Shown: positions 35,342-48,580 of the stretch, piece after piece
How the letters are laid out: each line of letters starts with the position of its first letter
How positions within the stretch are numbered: position 1 is the stretch's first letter
Origin: Moniliella sp. 'wahieum'
Taxonomy: Eukaryota
Direction of reading: 5' to 3'
DNA length: 54,049 nt
Assembly (NCBI GenBank): GCA_003971905.1
Contig: RSEE01000100.1
Span: 186,001 to 240,049, forward strand
Notes under the pieces: model-generated
The model's input: the letters and a program-made list of their open reading frames with translations, nothing else
What the model was told of the DNA's origin: nothing
The model's database searches: none
Made by a program: the position numbers and the translations under genes

Positions 35342-37608
35342 ATGCCCTCCGAGACCGCCTCTTCCCCTCCCCCGCCCTCTGGCCCAGGCGAAGCTCCTCC
35401 GGCCTACGCCCCGCACCGCCGCACCTTCCCCCACATCGCTGCCAGCGACACCTCCAAGACCGTCACGCCTGACGAATGTGTTGCTCACTTGCGTCTGCTC
35501 GCTGTCTTTGCCGACTTGCGCGACTCGATTGCCCATGTGGATGGCTTGTTTGGGCTGCGGGACGAGGATGTGCTGTCCAAGTTTGAGAATGAGGACGATC
35601 GCAACAAAGGCCTCGCGTTGATGCGGAGAAACGGTGGGCGGTGTATGTGGCGCGAGCGGCCGATCGGTTCGAGCGATTTTGGAGTACTGCTTGCCGTCAT
35701 CGGGGCCTGTGATCACAGTGGACACTGTCGACCATCCCACTGGTTTGGCCGATGCCATGAAGAGTACCAGGACATCATCCGACCCGCCACTGTGGACCAA
35801 GAACAACTTACCGCCCCTCGACGTGTTGATGGTCTGGCACGCGTTCTGCCTCAATCCAATTACCTATCTCGAAGACTGTCTCCGTACGGCCCACATGCGG
35901 GTATGGAACGTGGGGTTCCCCTGGGCTTTGATTGACGCCTGCATCAACGATTCGCTCGATTACCTCCCTCCCGCCGAGGCGGCTGAGGCTTTCGAACAGG
36001 CTACTGGCTGTCTCTGGCGCAACCAACAAGATGAGAGAGGCAAGAAGATCCAGTGTCGCGCTGCACACAACAGCAGGAAGTCCCCTGGGCCACCGGGGGC
36101 CCTTGGGTAAACTCGAAAAGCCGTGGTTCGATGCTACCAAGGGGTTTACCGATACGAACTTTCTTGTTAACTGCGCGTCATGCAGCTATCGCATCACGCA
36201 CGATGATCTGCGGATGGCCAAGTTCCGTGCCGATTACAGTCAACTTTCGACGGCCAAGGTTGCCATGCCTGGGACCATTCTCCCGTTTGATGGGCATCCG
36301 CCGCACGAGCCGTCGATGGTGATGCGACAGTCGTATGGGAGCCACTTTTTGTTGGACGGGGTCCCAATGACGTTGGGAGAAAAGCTCGACTTCAATGCCT
36401 ACCCCCACCTTACCATCAACGACGTGCGGTATGTGCTCGAGAAAGGGTGCGCCTCTCGTGCGACGCTACGTAAGGTAGGAGGCTCCCAACCAGTCCGGCG
36501 GGATGTGGCCATTGCACGGCGCGTCAGCATTCGGTCCATGATGTCGCGGTACTGGGAAAATTCGTCTCCGTTTGGGTTGGACTTGGTGGGGGCCGTGTTG
36601 CGCCAAGGAACGTTTGTCCGCAAGATGGACGAGATTGATTGGTTGCACTCGCCTGCATTGGACCAAACCATGACGCGTCTGATCGACAAGTACTCAGTCT
36701 TTCTCTTGATCATGAAGAAGTACCCTGGTGACATGGCGGTGCCGACGCTTGACGTCGACTTGGCCTGGCACACGCATCAGCTCGCCCCAGCACGGTACTA
36801 TTGTTACACGGTGCACCATATGCAGCGGATGATCACCATGACGACAAGGTATCCTCAGGTCGGTTGAGCGATGCGTTTTGAGTGACGTCGAAGCGCTATA
36901 CCAAGTTGACCAATGGTCAGCCCTACTCGGAGTGTACGTGTTGGTACTGCGAAGCGGTCCGGGAAGGCCAGACCAGCCGCGTTTCACCTGCCCTCTTATT
37001 TTCCCCTCCACCGCCTCGCACGCACGAACCAACTCGGACGCTCTCCATTCCAATCCCAACGTCCACCATGACAATCCCGAACGCAACGCCCACATCTCGG
37101 CCCACAACGCTGTGCCGACCGAGGGAGACCGTGCGGCGTTGCGCAAAGAAGAAGTACGCCATCGTCGGCTCGTATCCAAGGCCGAGGCTGCCCAACGGCG
37201 CTTGCACAAGCGCGGCTTACTTGTCGCCTCGCCCGACGAGAACGCAGGCGGGGCGAGTCGGAAGCCACCGCGATGGCCTGGGGCATCTACCCGATCTACA
37301 TGCCCTACTACGCCCCTTACTACCCCGACCCATGCATCACGCCGGCTCAGGATCGGGCATGTACCCGTGCAACCCTGCGTGTGCTGCCATGGGCGCCGGA
37401 AGTGTGGGCGCATGTGTGGCGGGGCCTGTGGGGGTGCTGTGGGCGGGGCGGGTGTGGGAACGGTGGTGCGGCTCGGTGGGTGGATTCAGCGCGTGCTCCT
37501 CAGCTGGTGGATGTGGGAGCGGAGCGGCGGCGGTGGATGCGGAGGCGGAGGCGTGGCGGTGGATGCGGTGGCGGTGGCGGAGGAGGAGGCGGGTGCGGGG
37601 GATGCTGA
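35342..37608 (+). CDS. Glycine-rich domain-containing (GRDP/DUF1399-like) protein, copy 2; frameshifted
   Basis: Motifs: ECVAHLRLLAVFADLRDSIAHVDGLFG, LPPLDVLMVWHAFCLNP, LDLVGAVLRQGTFVRKMDEIDWLHSP, VPTLDVDLAWHTHQL, YSECTCWYCEAVRE, HISAHNAV. The tail is ...GGGCGGGGGGGGGCGGC*. It is colinear with copy 1. Confidence 0.9.
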
Positions 37609-37891
37609 ATCGGGCTACCGCTGGCCTGTGGGCATATGCCCAAGTCAGGCGAAGGTACTGTACTTATGCACTGCTATGATTTTGTATCCAGGAAGATGAC
37701 AGTATACTTCGGGAATGGGTGTACCGTGGACATGTCTTAACTCTCGCAGATGGCACATAGGGATGAACAGGCAGGATTGAAAGGTGGTGGTGTGGTGGTA
37801 CAGCCGCAACGGGCCCAATGGCGAGCCAATCCAGATCTCTCCTTCTTCGATGGTGTATGTGATATGTGTTCTTCCGTTATCCTTGTTATAA

Positions 37892-37972
37892 GGACGGCTG
37901 GCGCAATGGTAGCGCGTCTGACTACGACTGGTTGTAATCAGGAGGTTGCAGGTTCGACCCCTGCGTCGTTCG
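37892..37972 (+). tRNA. tRNA-Arg(ACG) with a 9-nt intron (37928-37936)
   Basis: Acceptor GGACGGC/GTCGTTC, D-arm GCGC-AATGGTA-GCGC, anticodon stem TCTGA/TCAGG with loop CT-ACG-A^A, T-arm GCAGG-TTCGACC-CCTGC. A Pol III terminator (T7) is at 37994-38000. Confidence 0.95.
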
Positions 37973-38354
37973 ACCCGACACGGGCGTCCATTCTTTTTTT
38001 CTTGCCGTTTTGCTCCATCAAGTCAGTTCACTAGCTCTGAATTTCTCCTCAAAGTGAATGGACGGTAGCTGATTAATGGATACTCTGAATGGGATAGGAA
38101 GGAGTCCTGACCAGGCCGTGCTAGCCTGTGACCTATGACTGATCCCCTTTATCTTGGCCTTGTCAAGTCAGCTAGTCCCAGGGCGTGTGCTGGGAGCTCC
38201 GACAGCGTGTCTCTCTTCGGTGCAACACATGTCCGGCGCACGGCCCGGCCCTCATGCATGCCACTCTGCTCTGGTCGATCAGAAAGAAGGCTTGCCTGAC
38301 TGCCCACCCACCCATCACTGTTTGTTGGTCGTGCCATCCACCCTCTTTCCCACC

Positions 38355-38871
38355 ATGCCTACCGCCTACAGTACCCCTGACGCACCAGCCGCTTTGGGTC
38401 CCTATTCCCAAGTCATTGTGCACGAGGCCACTCAGACTGCCTATGTTTCCGGCTGCATTCCGCTCGACCCACAGACCGGCAAATTGGTTGATGGTGGCGA
38501 GGAGATGCTTCAGCCCTGGAGTGATTGAGAAGCAGACGGAGCAGTGTTCAAAAACTTGTTTGCTGTGCTTAAGGCCGCTGGGGCAGAAAAGTCGTCGGTG
38601 CTAAAGACGACGGTGTTCATCAAGAACATGGAACACTTTAAGCGAATCAATGCTGTATAGAGCAGGTGCGTGCATGGGATATTTCTCTGCCTCACCCCGA
38701 TTGTCTTGCATGCTTAGTACCATCCCTCATACTGACTTCATGTTTCCCCACATTAGGTTTTGAAGGCCACAAGCCTGCCCGCTCTGCTGTCGAGGTCGCA
38801 CGTCTTCCTCTCGACGTTAGCATTGAAATTGAGTGTGTTGCCGCGGTGGTCAAGCCCCGGGCAGTGCCTAG
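38355..38871 (+). CDS. ridA: RidA/YjgF/YER057c enamine-imine deaminase
   Basis: Motifs: APAALGPYSQ, AYVSGCIPLDP, VLKTTVFIKNMEHF, HKPARSAVEVARLPLDVSIEIECVA (catalytic Arg present). Intron at about 38666-38757. The stop is 38871 if a homopolymer slip is assumed, otherwise 38983. Confidence 0.93.
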
Positions 38872-39598
38872 AGGACACCAGCACGGTGCTCATCTTCCCC
38901 GCTGCCCCCTCGCCCCTCGCCTCCTGTACACAGACGTACACCTAGGTGGGGGGCCATCCACCACCGTATCTGCAATGCCATAATATTTGGTTTTCTCTTC
39001 CTTGCAGTCATTTCGACCGCAGTGGCCAGCACTGGTGATGATGCATCCAGCTCCTATCATTCACTTTCCTTCTGTTTCCTGCGTTCCTTCATCATGCACG
39101 TTGAACGTTAACGGTGCGGCCACCGGCTTCTTGGTAGGCACATGTGACAGACAACCACCACAGGGGGGTGTAGCTTGTCTTGTCGTTTGGATCTCCCCCC
39201 CTCAGTTGTCTGCACCTGGCTCTGCGTTGACGTCTGCTATCCAGCTTGCTTGGTCCCATCTAACTGGGCCCTCGCCCATGTCGGATGCTTCTGGATTGAG
39301 CACCTCCAAACTCCAGGGGGAAGAGACGAGCCGCAGGGACTAGTGTGATATGGGACGGGAGCTAGGGTGGCACGTGACGCGTGACAGGGCCGGCTGGCGG
39401 AACAACGGTCAGAGCAGAGAGCGGAATGGGACAGGTGAGGCCTGGGGGACAGTGTGTGCCAGTGTCCGAGTTGGCTGCCGAGTGCCTCCAAACCAGTCCG
39501 GTCACGTCGCGCTTTCCGCCGTGGAGCGCCATTGGCCAGCTACCACCACCACCACCACCATCGCAGCTGCCCTGCTCCGAGCCGCTGCCCCCACCACC

Positions 39599-42500
39599 AT
39601 GGCTTCGGCTGCCACTGCCCCCGCTGGTGTCAGCCCCAGGCATATGGACTCACCCTCGACACTGCCCAAGCCGCCCGCTTGGCGCCCACACAGGCCGCCA
39701 AGGTGGCTGCTCTCCAGGCCCAGGCTGGCCTGCACGCCCAACTCGATCCCATTTCCCTCGCAGACCAGAGCGCCCACGCGTATGCCCAGAACCCCGCTTC
39801 TGGTGGTGAAGTCCATGCCAACTATGTCTCTACCCTCGATCCCCAGGCCCGACCATGACTGGCGTGGACCCCCGCATGGACACTAGCATGGAACTTACTC
39901 CGGATGAATCTGTGGGTGACTACGACCCCCTATGCTGCCCAGTATGCGGCGGCGAGTATGACTACGAAATGAAGATGAAATCGACGACGACGCCGACTAT
40001 GACGATGGACGACGACCTTTCTTCCTCCCCTTCCATCCCGGACGAGAACATTGACTTTGATTTGGTTTATGCCCTGCACAACTTTATTGCTACCGTCGAG
40101 GGCCAAGCGACGGTGCAAAAGGGAAACAGCCTGAGGCTACTCGACGACTCGAATTCGTACTGGTAGGTGGAACCTGCTGGACCACTACCGTTCGTTGTGC
40201 TGACGCGTTTGTTTTACCCAGGTGGCTAGTGCGGGTCTTACCCACTCAGGAAGTCGGCTACATCCCTGCCGAAAACATTGAGAGTCCTTTTGAGCGTCTG
40301 GCCCGCCTCAACAAGCATCGTAACGTCGGCCTCTCTTCGGCGACAGCGGCGGACCAGGTGCAAGTAGAGGAGAACGTTCACTCTTCGTATTTGGTCAAGA
40401 CCCGGGAGCACCGCGTCCAACTCCACCCTTCCTCGGGCAAGCTATCGGCGCTCTCAACCCGATTGGCTGGGCAGATGCCCACACCCTTGTCCGATCGACG
40501 CAAGTCAACCGTTATGTTTGGCAACTCGACCGTGCTTGAGCTGAGTGATCACGAGGAATGGTCCGAGTCGGATGAGGAGGGTTACTACGACGACGAGGAA
40601 GGAAACGAGGAGGAAGATGAACACGAAAACGAAGATGAAACGCGATGGAGGGCGGGGGAGAAGCTGATGCGAGAGATGTGTCCGAGATGGACAATTTGAC
40701 GCCTGAACAGCGTATGATCTTGCAACAGCAACATCACAATGCTTACTTGGAGCAACAACAGCAACTCGCCCACTATGCTGCATATGGCCAAGTGCCCGAT
40801 ACGAGCCGCGACTCGGACAGCAGTGCTCAGCTTTACCAAACGGGTGGGGTGGATTACACCCAGGGTCCGTATGCGCTCCAAAATTCCGCTCAGGATGCGC
40901 ACCCTGAGCTCTCTCATGAACAGGAGCACTACGCTCAACAGGAGCAGCAGCAGCAAACCTTGTTGGCTCAAGAAGGTCCAACTCCCATGGCCCCAGCAGC
41001 AGCAATATTTCGAGCAACATCAGCAGCAACAACCGCAGCAACAACCAGCAGCAACAAACGCAGCAGCACCAACAACAACAGCTGCAGCCTACGGAATTGT
41101 CCCAGCAGCAACAATACTTCCAGTGGAATCAGCAACAACAGACGCAGCAGCAACAGATGCAGCAACAGCAGCAGCAGCAGTCTACGGATTTGACCTCACA
41201 GCTCGCGCAAGAGGGCGAGCCCAAGCCAGTACTGGAGGCGAGAGCTTTACCTCCCGGACAATCAGATGCTGGGGCACGTTTCTCCCCCGATCCGCGGGAG
41301 ACTTCACCGAGCCAGGAAGTTGGTATGCGTTCTCGCGACAGCATTGGTTCTGTGATCTCGGACACAGGCTCAGGGTCGTCCAATGCCGAAAAACAGAACA
41401 AAAAGCGGTCCAGCGTGTTTGGGATCTTCTCCCGGCATAAGAAGGAACGCCGTGCAAGCCAAGCTTCCTCGTCGGGGAGCCTGCAGTCTCAAGAAACAGA
41501 TTCGGGCGATGGGCCGGCCCAGCTGCCTTCCATCAGTGTGTCAAACTCCCATGACGCCCCGCAGATGAGCATTTCGACAGCCCCATCGGAAGGCGCCGTG
41601 CCACCCGATCGCCGCGGACGTCCTTGCAGCCTGACAATAGCCGTCATTTGTCCATCTATGGAGGGGTTCCATCGCCGGGTCCGGCGGGCCGTCCGCTTCA
41701 GGTTCCGGACGGCCTCGGCCCGGTAGTTTGGTTATCCCTCGAGGCGACGTATCGGTGCCGATGCTCAACGTGTTGCGCGTCTTTGCCGCTCCTGAACTTG
41801 ATATCAGTGCAACTACAAGACCGTCCTTCTCAACGATACGACGACAGCACACGAGATCGTCAAACAGGCAGTTCAGCGGTTTGGTATTCGCCGTCGTTCA
41901 GCTCAGTCCACCAGTACGAGCGGAGACGGCCTTGGTACCGATGGGCCGGTTGACTTTGCCCTGCTGATGCGCATGGTTGATGGGGAGGAGCGTATTCTCG
42001 CCCCCGACGAGGTCCCACTCAAGGTTTATGAACACATTACTGAGCACGAGGCTAATGCGCTCATGCCCTCCGTCCGTCGCTCCAGCGTTGGCTCCATATC
42101 ATCTGTCGCATCCAATCTGAGCGCCAAGTCGGCCATTACCAAGCTAACCATGACTTCAGCGACGACCATGCTGTCAAGTTCTTTCTCACGCGCCGAACTC
42201 GTCCTGGCATGGTAACCAGTGGATCTGCTCATTCGGTCGCGGCATCTTCTACAGGGCCACCTAGGCCAGCGGATACGGAAGCGGCAATGCGGTTCGGTGT
42301 GCGCGTCCTCATTTTCCCCGACGAGCTGCCTCGTTCTCTCGCCTTTGACCCATCTAGTTCCGCCATTGTGCGTCGGACCATGCTCTCCGGCCTTTCCCGT
42401 CACGGGAGCTCAGGAGCACAAGTCGCGGTCAATCGGATGTCAACCCGCGTTATCGAGAAAAGGTGCTGACTATCCCGCGCACCACAACCGTTGCCGAAGC

Positions 42501-44605
42501 GATTGAACTGGCCCTAGAAAAGTTTGGTATCCCTCAAGGTGTTGTTGAAGGAGGAGATGAGGAGGAAACCAGGCGGCATGGTGATGAGGAGGACGAGGTG
42601 ACGATCCCTTATGGCTTGACGCTTGACACTGGCGACAACGAGCAGCACCTTCGCCCCAACTCGGTAGTATATGAGGCGTTCCCATCGCCCCCTGCTCTGC
42701 GCAACGTTGCACGCGACTCGTCCAGCGGAATGGATCGTCGAAGCTTGGATAAGCACGATGCTCACCATCCTAGCTGACATGCGCAACACCGACCCTGTCC
42801 TTATTCTCCGACAACAACAGCACATTCAATCGAGCCTCAGTGCACCCATCAGTCGTACCGCTCGGGCTTGGAGTCCGACCGAGCGGGCGTTGGCGTCCAA
42901 GCGCGATGCCCAGCGTAGGAGCCAACTCGAATGGTTCGGACCTACTCTGACTCGATGATGCGGGATGCGGGGAGCAGCGAGACCAGTATGCGGGACCCTA
43001 ACAAGGCAGTCTCTAGCTCGTCTCCCTTGGGCCAGGAGGCACCACAGCCTCCCACTCAGGCTTCCAATGAGCAGCCTCATTCCGCCACGGCGCAAGAGCG
43101 GACACATGAAATGATCGTGGCTCAGCGTGCTAAAGCTCGTGCTTTGGCACTTGAAGCGGCGGTGGTGCCAGCACGGCTGCTGTTGCTTCCTCGGCACGGG
43201 GAGAGAATCGAGAAGCCAATACTGTTGACCAGGATCCCACCAACTTAGGTCGTGACCCTTTTGCTTCTGACGACGACGAAGGCGACGATATCAATGTCAT
43301 CCTGGACCATGTGATGGACGGAACGGAGGAGGACACGCATGGCTCGTCCCCCCGTCCTTCCTCCCAGGACATGGGCTTTGCTTCGATTGCAGCCATGACA
43401 CACAAAGCGATGTGGGTGAGAGGAGAGCTCTGCCTTACCTTCTGGCCACATTTCCGATCATGCTACCGAGGTGGACATCCCCACTTCTGCTCTGGAACCT
43501 GTCGCACCACTCACCCCCCGTCGCCCTCCTCTTCCAGGGTCCGGGACGGGCACACGAGAACTGTTGACGGAACCAAATGAGGCAAAACAGGGTGAGGACA
43601 GGTCTGCTGCCACGTCGGTCCTGGATGTGCCAGGCGCATACACCTCTACTTCGGCCAGCCCCGCCCCGAGTTCTACTCCTGGTCAGGAGGACGCGCACGC
43701 CGGGACTGTGGCGGCTGGTGCAGGCGCTTTGGCCGCTGGGGCGGCTGCTGGGGTGGCGGCCGTAAGAGCGGCGGCGAGCCCCTCGCCTCCCTCTGCGTCT
43801 GCTTCGGTCTGCTTCGGCGCCTCCTTCGGCGCCTGTGCCAATGTCTGGATTGGGGAGCACACGCAGTGTCTCCAACCCTGTTGTTCGAACGCCCCGCCCA
43901 CCAGCTTCGCCGGTCACCGCGTCACGCATTCGGGCGGGTCAGGCTCGATTCGGTCACAACAGGTGATGTCGCCGTCCTTTGCTTCCCCGCCCAACTCTTC
44001 TGCTCCGTCCCCTATCTCAAGTCGCATAACACCTGTCACTGCGCCGGCCGGATCCGTTGGTCATCGGCGGACTTTGAGTTCACAAGGCGGTGTCACCAAG
44101 ACCGACATCTCGACCCCTCCCCCTTCGGATGGGACCGGTCGTCGCTCAGGGGCTGGGAGCACGCTGGGCCCGCTGAGCCTAGACCATCTGTATGCCGTGA
44201 TGGACGCGGCTGCTCACCCGTCCGTGCGACCAGGCAGCGCCGTTTCGCTGTCCAAGCGCGACTCGCGCAGCTTTAGTGGGACTAGCCGGCGCATCTCTCG
44301 AATGGTAGAGATGACCCCGACACTTGGGTGGTCCTCCACCTTCTCGGACGGCGCCTGGCCCGACATTCAGTCGATCAAGGCCGAGCAAGCGCTACAAGTC
44401 GGCGGAATGGGCGGACCAGAGGCGATGCTTGTCCATCTATTTGCCCCGCCCCTGAGCACCGTGGTCACCCTGGCCTCGCCCAATGGCGCAGGCACGGGTG
44501 TCGCCTCCCCCCATCTCGGCGCGGTACCTGCAGATGGACAAGGACCTGAAGCAGGTGGACCAAGCATTGGACCAGCTACTGGTTGACGCGCTGCGGCTTG
44601 CCTAA
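39599..44605 (+). CDS. tea4: SH3-domain cell-end marker, Tea4/Bud14 family; frameshifted
   Basis: SH3 region: DENIDFDLVYALHNFIATVEGQA..LLDDSNSYW|WLVRVLPTQEVGYIPAENIESPFERLARLNKHRN. PP1-docking-like KSTVMF. RA-like segments (VLRVFAAP, TTTVAEAIELALEKFGI). The C-terminus is KQVDQALDQLLVDALRLA*. Confidence 0.9.
40724..41180 (+). repeat. CAG/CAA-rich polyglutamine-coding tract within tea4
   Basis: Dense CAA/CAG runs, e.g. QQQQYFQWNQQQQTQQQQMQQQQQQQ. Confidence 0.85.
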
Positions 44606-45063
44606 CTCGCCAGGGCGTAGCTATCCGAGCCAATGTTGTGCCATGGCCCTTTTCCTTATGTAGCGCCGTCGTATCGTGTTTTGTCTGTTCTTCTCCCATG
44701 GCTATGTATGGATTTCATCCACCATCCGACGATGTGGAAGTAGTTGAGGATGTCGGTATATGAGGGGGGATTGTGTCGGCTCTCATCTTCGGGAAGCACA
44801 GAAGAATCACGAGACCATAACCTGCGCCTTGGGTGGACGCCGCGCGCACGGGCCAGTCATCGCGTCATCTGCATCATCGAAGGGGGCAACGCAGCATGGG
44901 GCCAGTGATCCGGGTGCAATTTCAATGGCGACCCACTTTGCTGTTTTGCGCGCTGGGCGAGTACCGTATTTGCAGCAGCAATTGCCACCTCTGCTGTCTG
45001 TTCCCACCGCCACCGCCACCACCGTCATCGCCCCCATCGCCGCCCTCGCCATTCCCTGCTCCC

Positions 45064-48000
45064 ATGCGTGCTGAGGGAATGCGTTTGGCTGCCCGCGCGG
45101 CCCGTACGCCCCTGGCTGCGTCGGTGTCCGCTGCTCGTAGTGGCGTCGGCGTCGGCCTTGGCGCCTTGCGCCCCACTCCCACATCTTCGCGCGCCGCATC
45201 TGCTTTCTTTGCGCGTCCTGCCCGTTCCCCGCTTCTCACCGTCCGCCCACGTCCCATGGGTGCACCCTTTCCGCTCACATCTCCCGTCATGCGACACATG
45301 AGTGTGCGCGCAATCAGCTTCCGCTTTGTTCCCCGCTTCGCCTTTCGTCTCCTCCGCCTCCCCGCTGCGCTTGGCATCACAGGGGCTGGGGTTTTGACCT
45401 ATGCCAGTGGTAAGCTTGATGACGCACGTGCCAGGTTGGAGGAGTACTATCTCCTTGCCGAGGGTATGGCCGCTCAGGCGATCGGTACAGCTGGTGCGTG
45501 GACCTCTGAGGCTCAAGCCCAATTTGGTGCTTGGGTCGACTCTCTCGACTTCACTGCGGCCCAGGAAGCCCGAGACGAGTGGATTGATCTCGCTAGCTCG
45601 ATGCGTGAGCGGGCGCACAACTTCTTTGCAAGCCTGGGAAGCACAGACGAATCTGGCTCAGGTGCCAACTCCTCCGGTTCCTCTTCGTCTTCCTCTGGGC
45701 CTGGGGGCAAAGGCCCAGCAGCTGCGTTGGCTGCCTCTCTTTTTGCCAAATCGGGCGAGGAGGAGCAAGCGGGTGAGGATGATGAAGAAGCTTTCGACTC
45801 GGAAGATAGCGCTGCAAGTCTGATGCACCTCACACGTCAGTTGATCGAGGTGCGCAACATCCTCAAGACGATTGATCATACCGGCGAAGAGATTGCTCTT
45901 CCCTCGATTGTCGTGATTGGCTCCCAGAGCAGCGGCAAGAGCTCGGTGCTGGAGGCGATTGTGGGTCATGAGTTTTTGCCCAAGGGATCCAACATGGTTA
46001 CCCGTCGGCCCATCGAATTGACCTTGATCCACACCAAGGCGACGGGTAAGAAGGGGGACGTGGTGGAGTACGGTGAGTTCCCTGGTACGGGCTTGGGCCC
46101 GATTCGTGACTTCCGTCAGATCCAAGAGCACTACGGGATATGAACTTGGCTGTGCCTAAGGAGCAAGCCGTGTCGGACGTGCCTATCGAACTCCACATCC
46201 ACTCACCCCACGTGCCCGATCTGAGCATGATCGACCTGCCCGGCTACGTCCAGGTGGCTGGGATGGATCAACCAGATGAGTTGCGGGAAAAGATTGAGAA
46301 ACTGTGCGAGCAGTACATTGCTCCTTCGACCAACAATGTGATCCTCGCGGTTTGTGCGGCAGATGTGGACTTGGCCAACTCGCCTGCGTTGCGGGCCAGC
46401 CGTAAGGTCGACCCACTTGGCCTTCGCACCATTGGTGTGATCACCAAGATGGACCTTGTTCCCCCCGAAGTGGGCGCATCGATTCTTTATGGCAATCGGT
46501 ACCCTCTTGCGCTGGGCTATGTGGGTGTGGTAGCCAAAAACCCAGTTTCTCCTATTAAGAGTCGGTTGGCCCGCAGCCATCTGCGGTCGGGCGTGTCGTC
46601 GTTGACTGGCTCGGTGGAACAACAAGAGGATGACTTTTTCGCCCAGAACGCGGTGGCGTTCCAGCCACCGCTTAAGGGGCGGCACGCTGGCGTAGAGCCA
46701 CTGCTAGGTACGGACGCCCTTCGGCGGAGGCTGATGTCAGTGCTGGAAGAGAGCATGGGGTCGAGTTTGCAAGATGTATCAACGGCGGTGCAGATGGAGC
46801 TGGAGGAGGCGGCATATGCATTCAAGGTGCAGTACAATGACCGTGCCATCTCGGCCGAGGCGTATGTTGCCGAAACGATCGATGCGCTCAAGCACCGTCT
46901 CCAGCTACTTGCCGATCAACTGGGCAAGCCTCAAGCCCGTGCACTGCTAAAACATGCCTTGGACGAAAAGGTTCTCGACATTTTGGCTCAGATGTACTGG
47001 TCTGACACGTACCCTTGAGCTGTGCGCCGCAGGGGATGCCAAGATGCTCCCTCCACCCAAAACGGCCGAGGACAAGGAGAAGATTGACGCCGCGTTGGAT
47101 CGGTACTGGACGTACAAGCTGGATGCGTCGACCTCAGCCCTGACCAAGGCCGGCATTGGTCGGCTCAGCACTCAGATTGTTGTGGATGCGATCCGGGCAG
47201 AGTTGGAACGGCTGCTCGTTTCCGAGCCGTTTGCGTACCACCAGTCCACTGCCGAGCGGATCGAGGCATTGGCGGCGGGCATTCTGCGGGAACGGTTTAC
47301 GCTAACGGCGGATCAGGTTGAGAATGCAATCAAGCCGCTCAAGTACGAAGTGGAGATTGAGGATCGGGACTGGGACGCGGGACGCGCCGATGCAATGACC
47401 CTCTTGCAACGGGAACTGGACATGTGTTCTGAAGCGGGCAAGCGTCTCCGGTCCACGATCGGCAGGTCGCGCTTGAATGCAGCGGTGAGCCATGTGAAGG
47501 AGTTGGACGAGCGGCAGCGGCAACGTGCCGCCGCTCGCTGGCGGGCGATCAAAGAACGTTCGGCCCCCCAGACACTGCTCCTGCCGTCGACGAGGACGTG
47601 GAGGCCGACGACCCTCTTCGCCCCGACTATAACGCCGCTTTACTCGGAAAGGCCCGCGAAGCCATTTTCCTCGATGCTCGGGCTGACATCCTAAAGAGGC
47701 GGTTAAAGTCATTGGGCTCCAAGCGATGCAAGGCCGGACCTGGGGTACAAAGTGATGCGTACTGCCCCGAGACGTTCCTCAATGTAGTGGCGGACAAGTT
47801 GACCTACACCTCGGTCATGTTTATCAATATTGAGTTGCTCGCCGAGTTCTTCTACCAGTTCCCGCGCGAGCTAGACACGCGCCTGGTCCAGGAGTTGAAC
47901 CGCGGAGAGGTGGAGTCGTTTGCGCGGGAGAACCCGGTGGTGCGGGATCACCTGGATCTGCAAGGACGCAAAGAGAAGCTGGAGCTGGTGCAGGAGAAGC

Positions 48001-48080
48001 TCGACTCGCTCCTCCATCTCTACCAGGGCAAGACGGTACCATTGCGTTCGCAGCCCAAGTCCAAGTGGTCCTTTTTCTAA
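45064..48080 (+). CDS. MGM1: Mitochondrial dynamin-like fusion GTPase
   Basis: Motifs: [104 protein letters not shown]. Arg-rich presequence. An alternative start is at 44925. Confidence 0.97.
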
Positions 48081-48580
48081 AGCCCAGCTTTGCTTTGCTG
48101 GCATAAGCACCCTGATGGCATTGCATCCGTGCTTGTTTCTGCCCTTCCTCCACGCACTGCTTTGCCAGTCACACCCTCCCTACTCTTTGCAAGGTTCTCT
48201 GTTCCCTTCGGACACGCCCTTCCCTCGTCTGCTTCTCGTCTTCCCCTCTCTCCGTTTTCACGGCCATACCACGTCTATACATATCCTTCTTCTGAGCTAT
48301 CTGAGGCCGCAGCTGCACACATATAGAGGGCATGGAAGGCTCGAAAGACCAAATGGCCGTCTTCTGTATTCCGCCAGGAGCATCCTTTTGGGGTAGGCGT
48401 CGAAGCCGGGCAACGGGGGGAGGGACGCGTGCAACGGGAATCCCAGAGACCCCGTCTGGGAAAGAATGATAGGGGCAGGTGCACCGAGGTGGGCCGAATA
48501 AATGCAAGGACCACGCTGACCAATTTTGCCGTATCTCTCTCGTTGTCCACCTGAGGAAGGGAGACCGAGGGACACACTCT

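Noticed and set aside
11242..37608. Secondary-metabolite or RiPP gene cluster (ABC exporter + GRDP + secreted repeat peptide)
   Set aside because: No PKS, NRPS, DUF3328/UstYa or other tailoring enzyme was seen, and housekeeping genes are interspersed. A functional link is unsupported.
19789..37608. GRDP copies as terminal inverted repeats of a transposon
   Set aside because: They are diverged protein-coding paralogs. No transposase or target-site duplication was seen, and the enclosed genes are mostly core genes.
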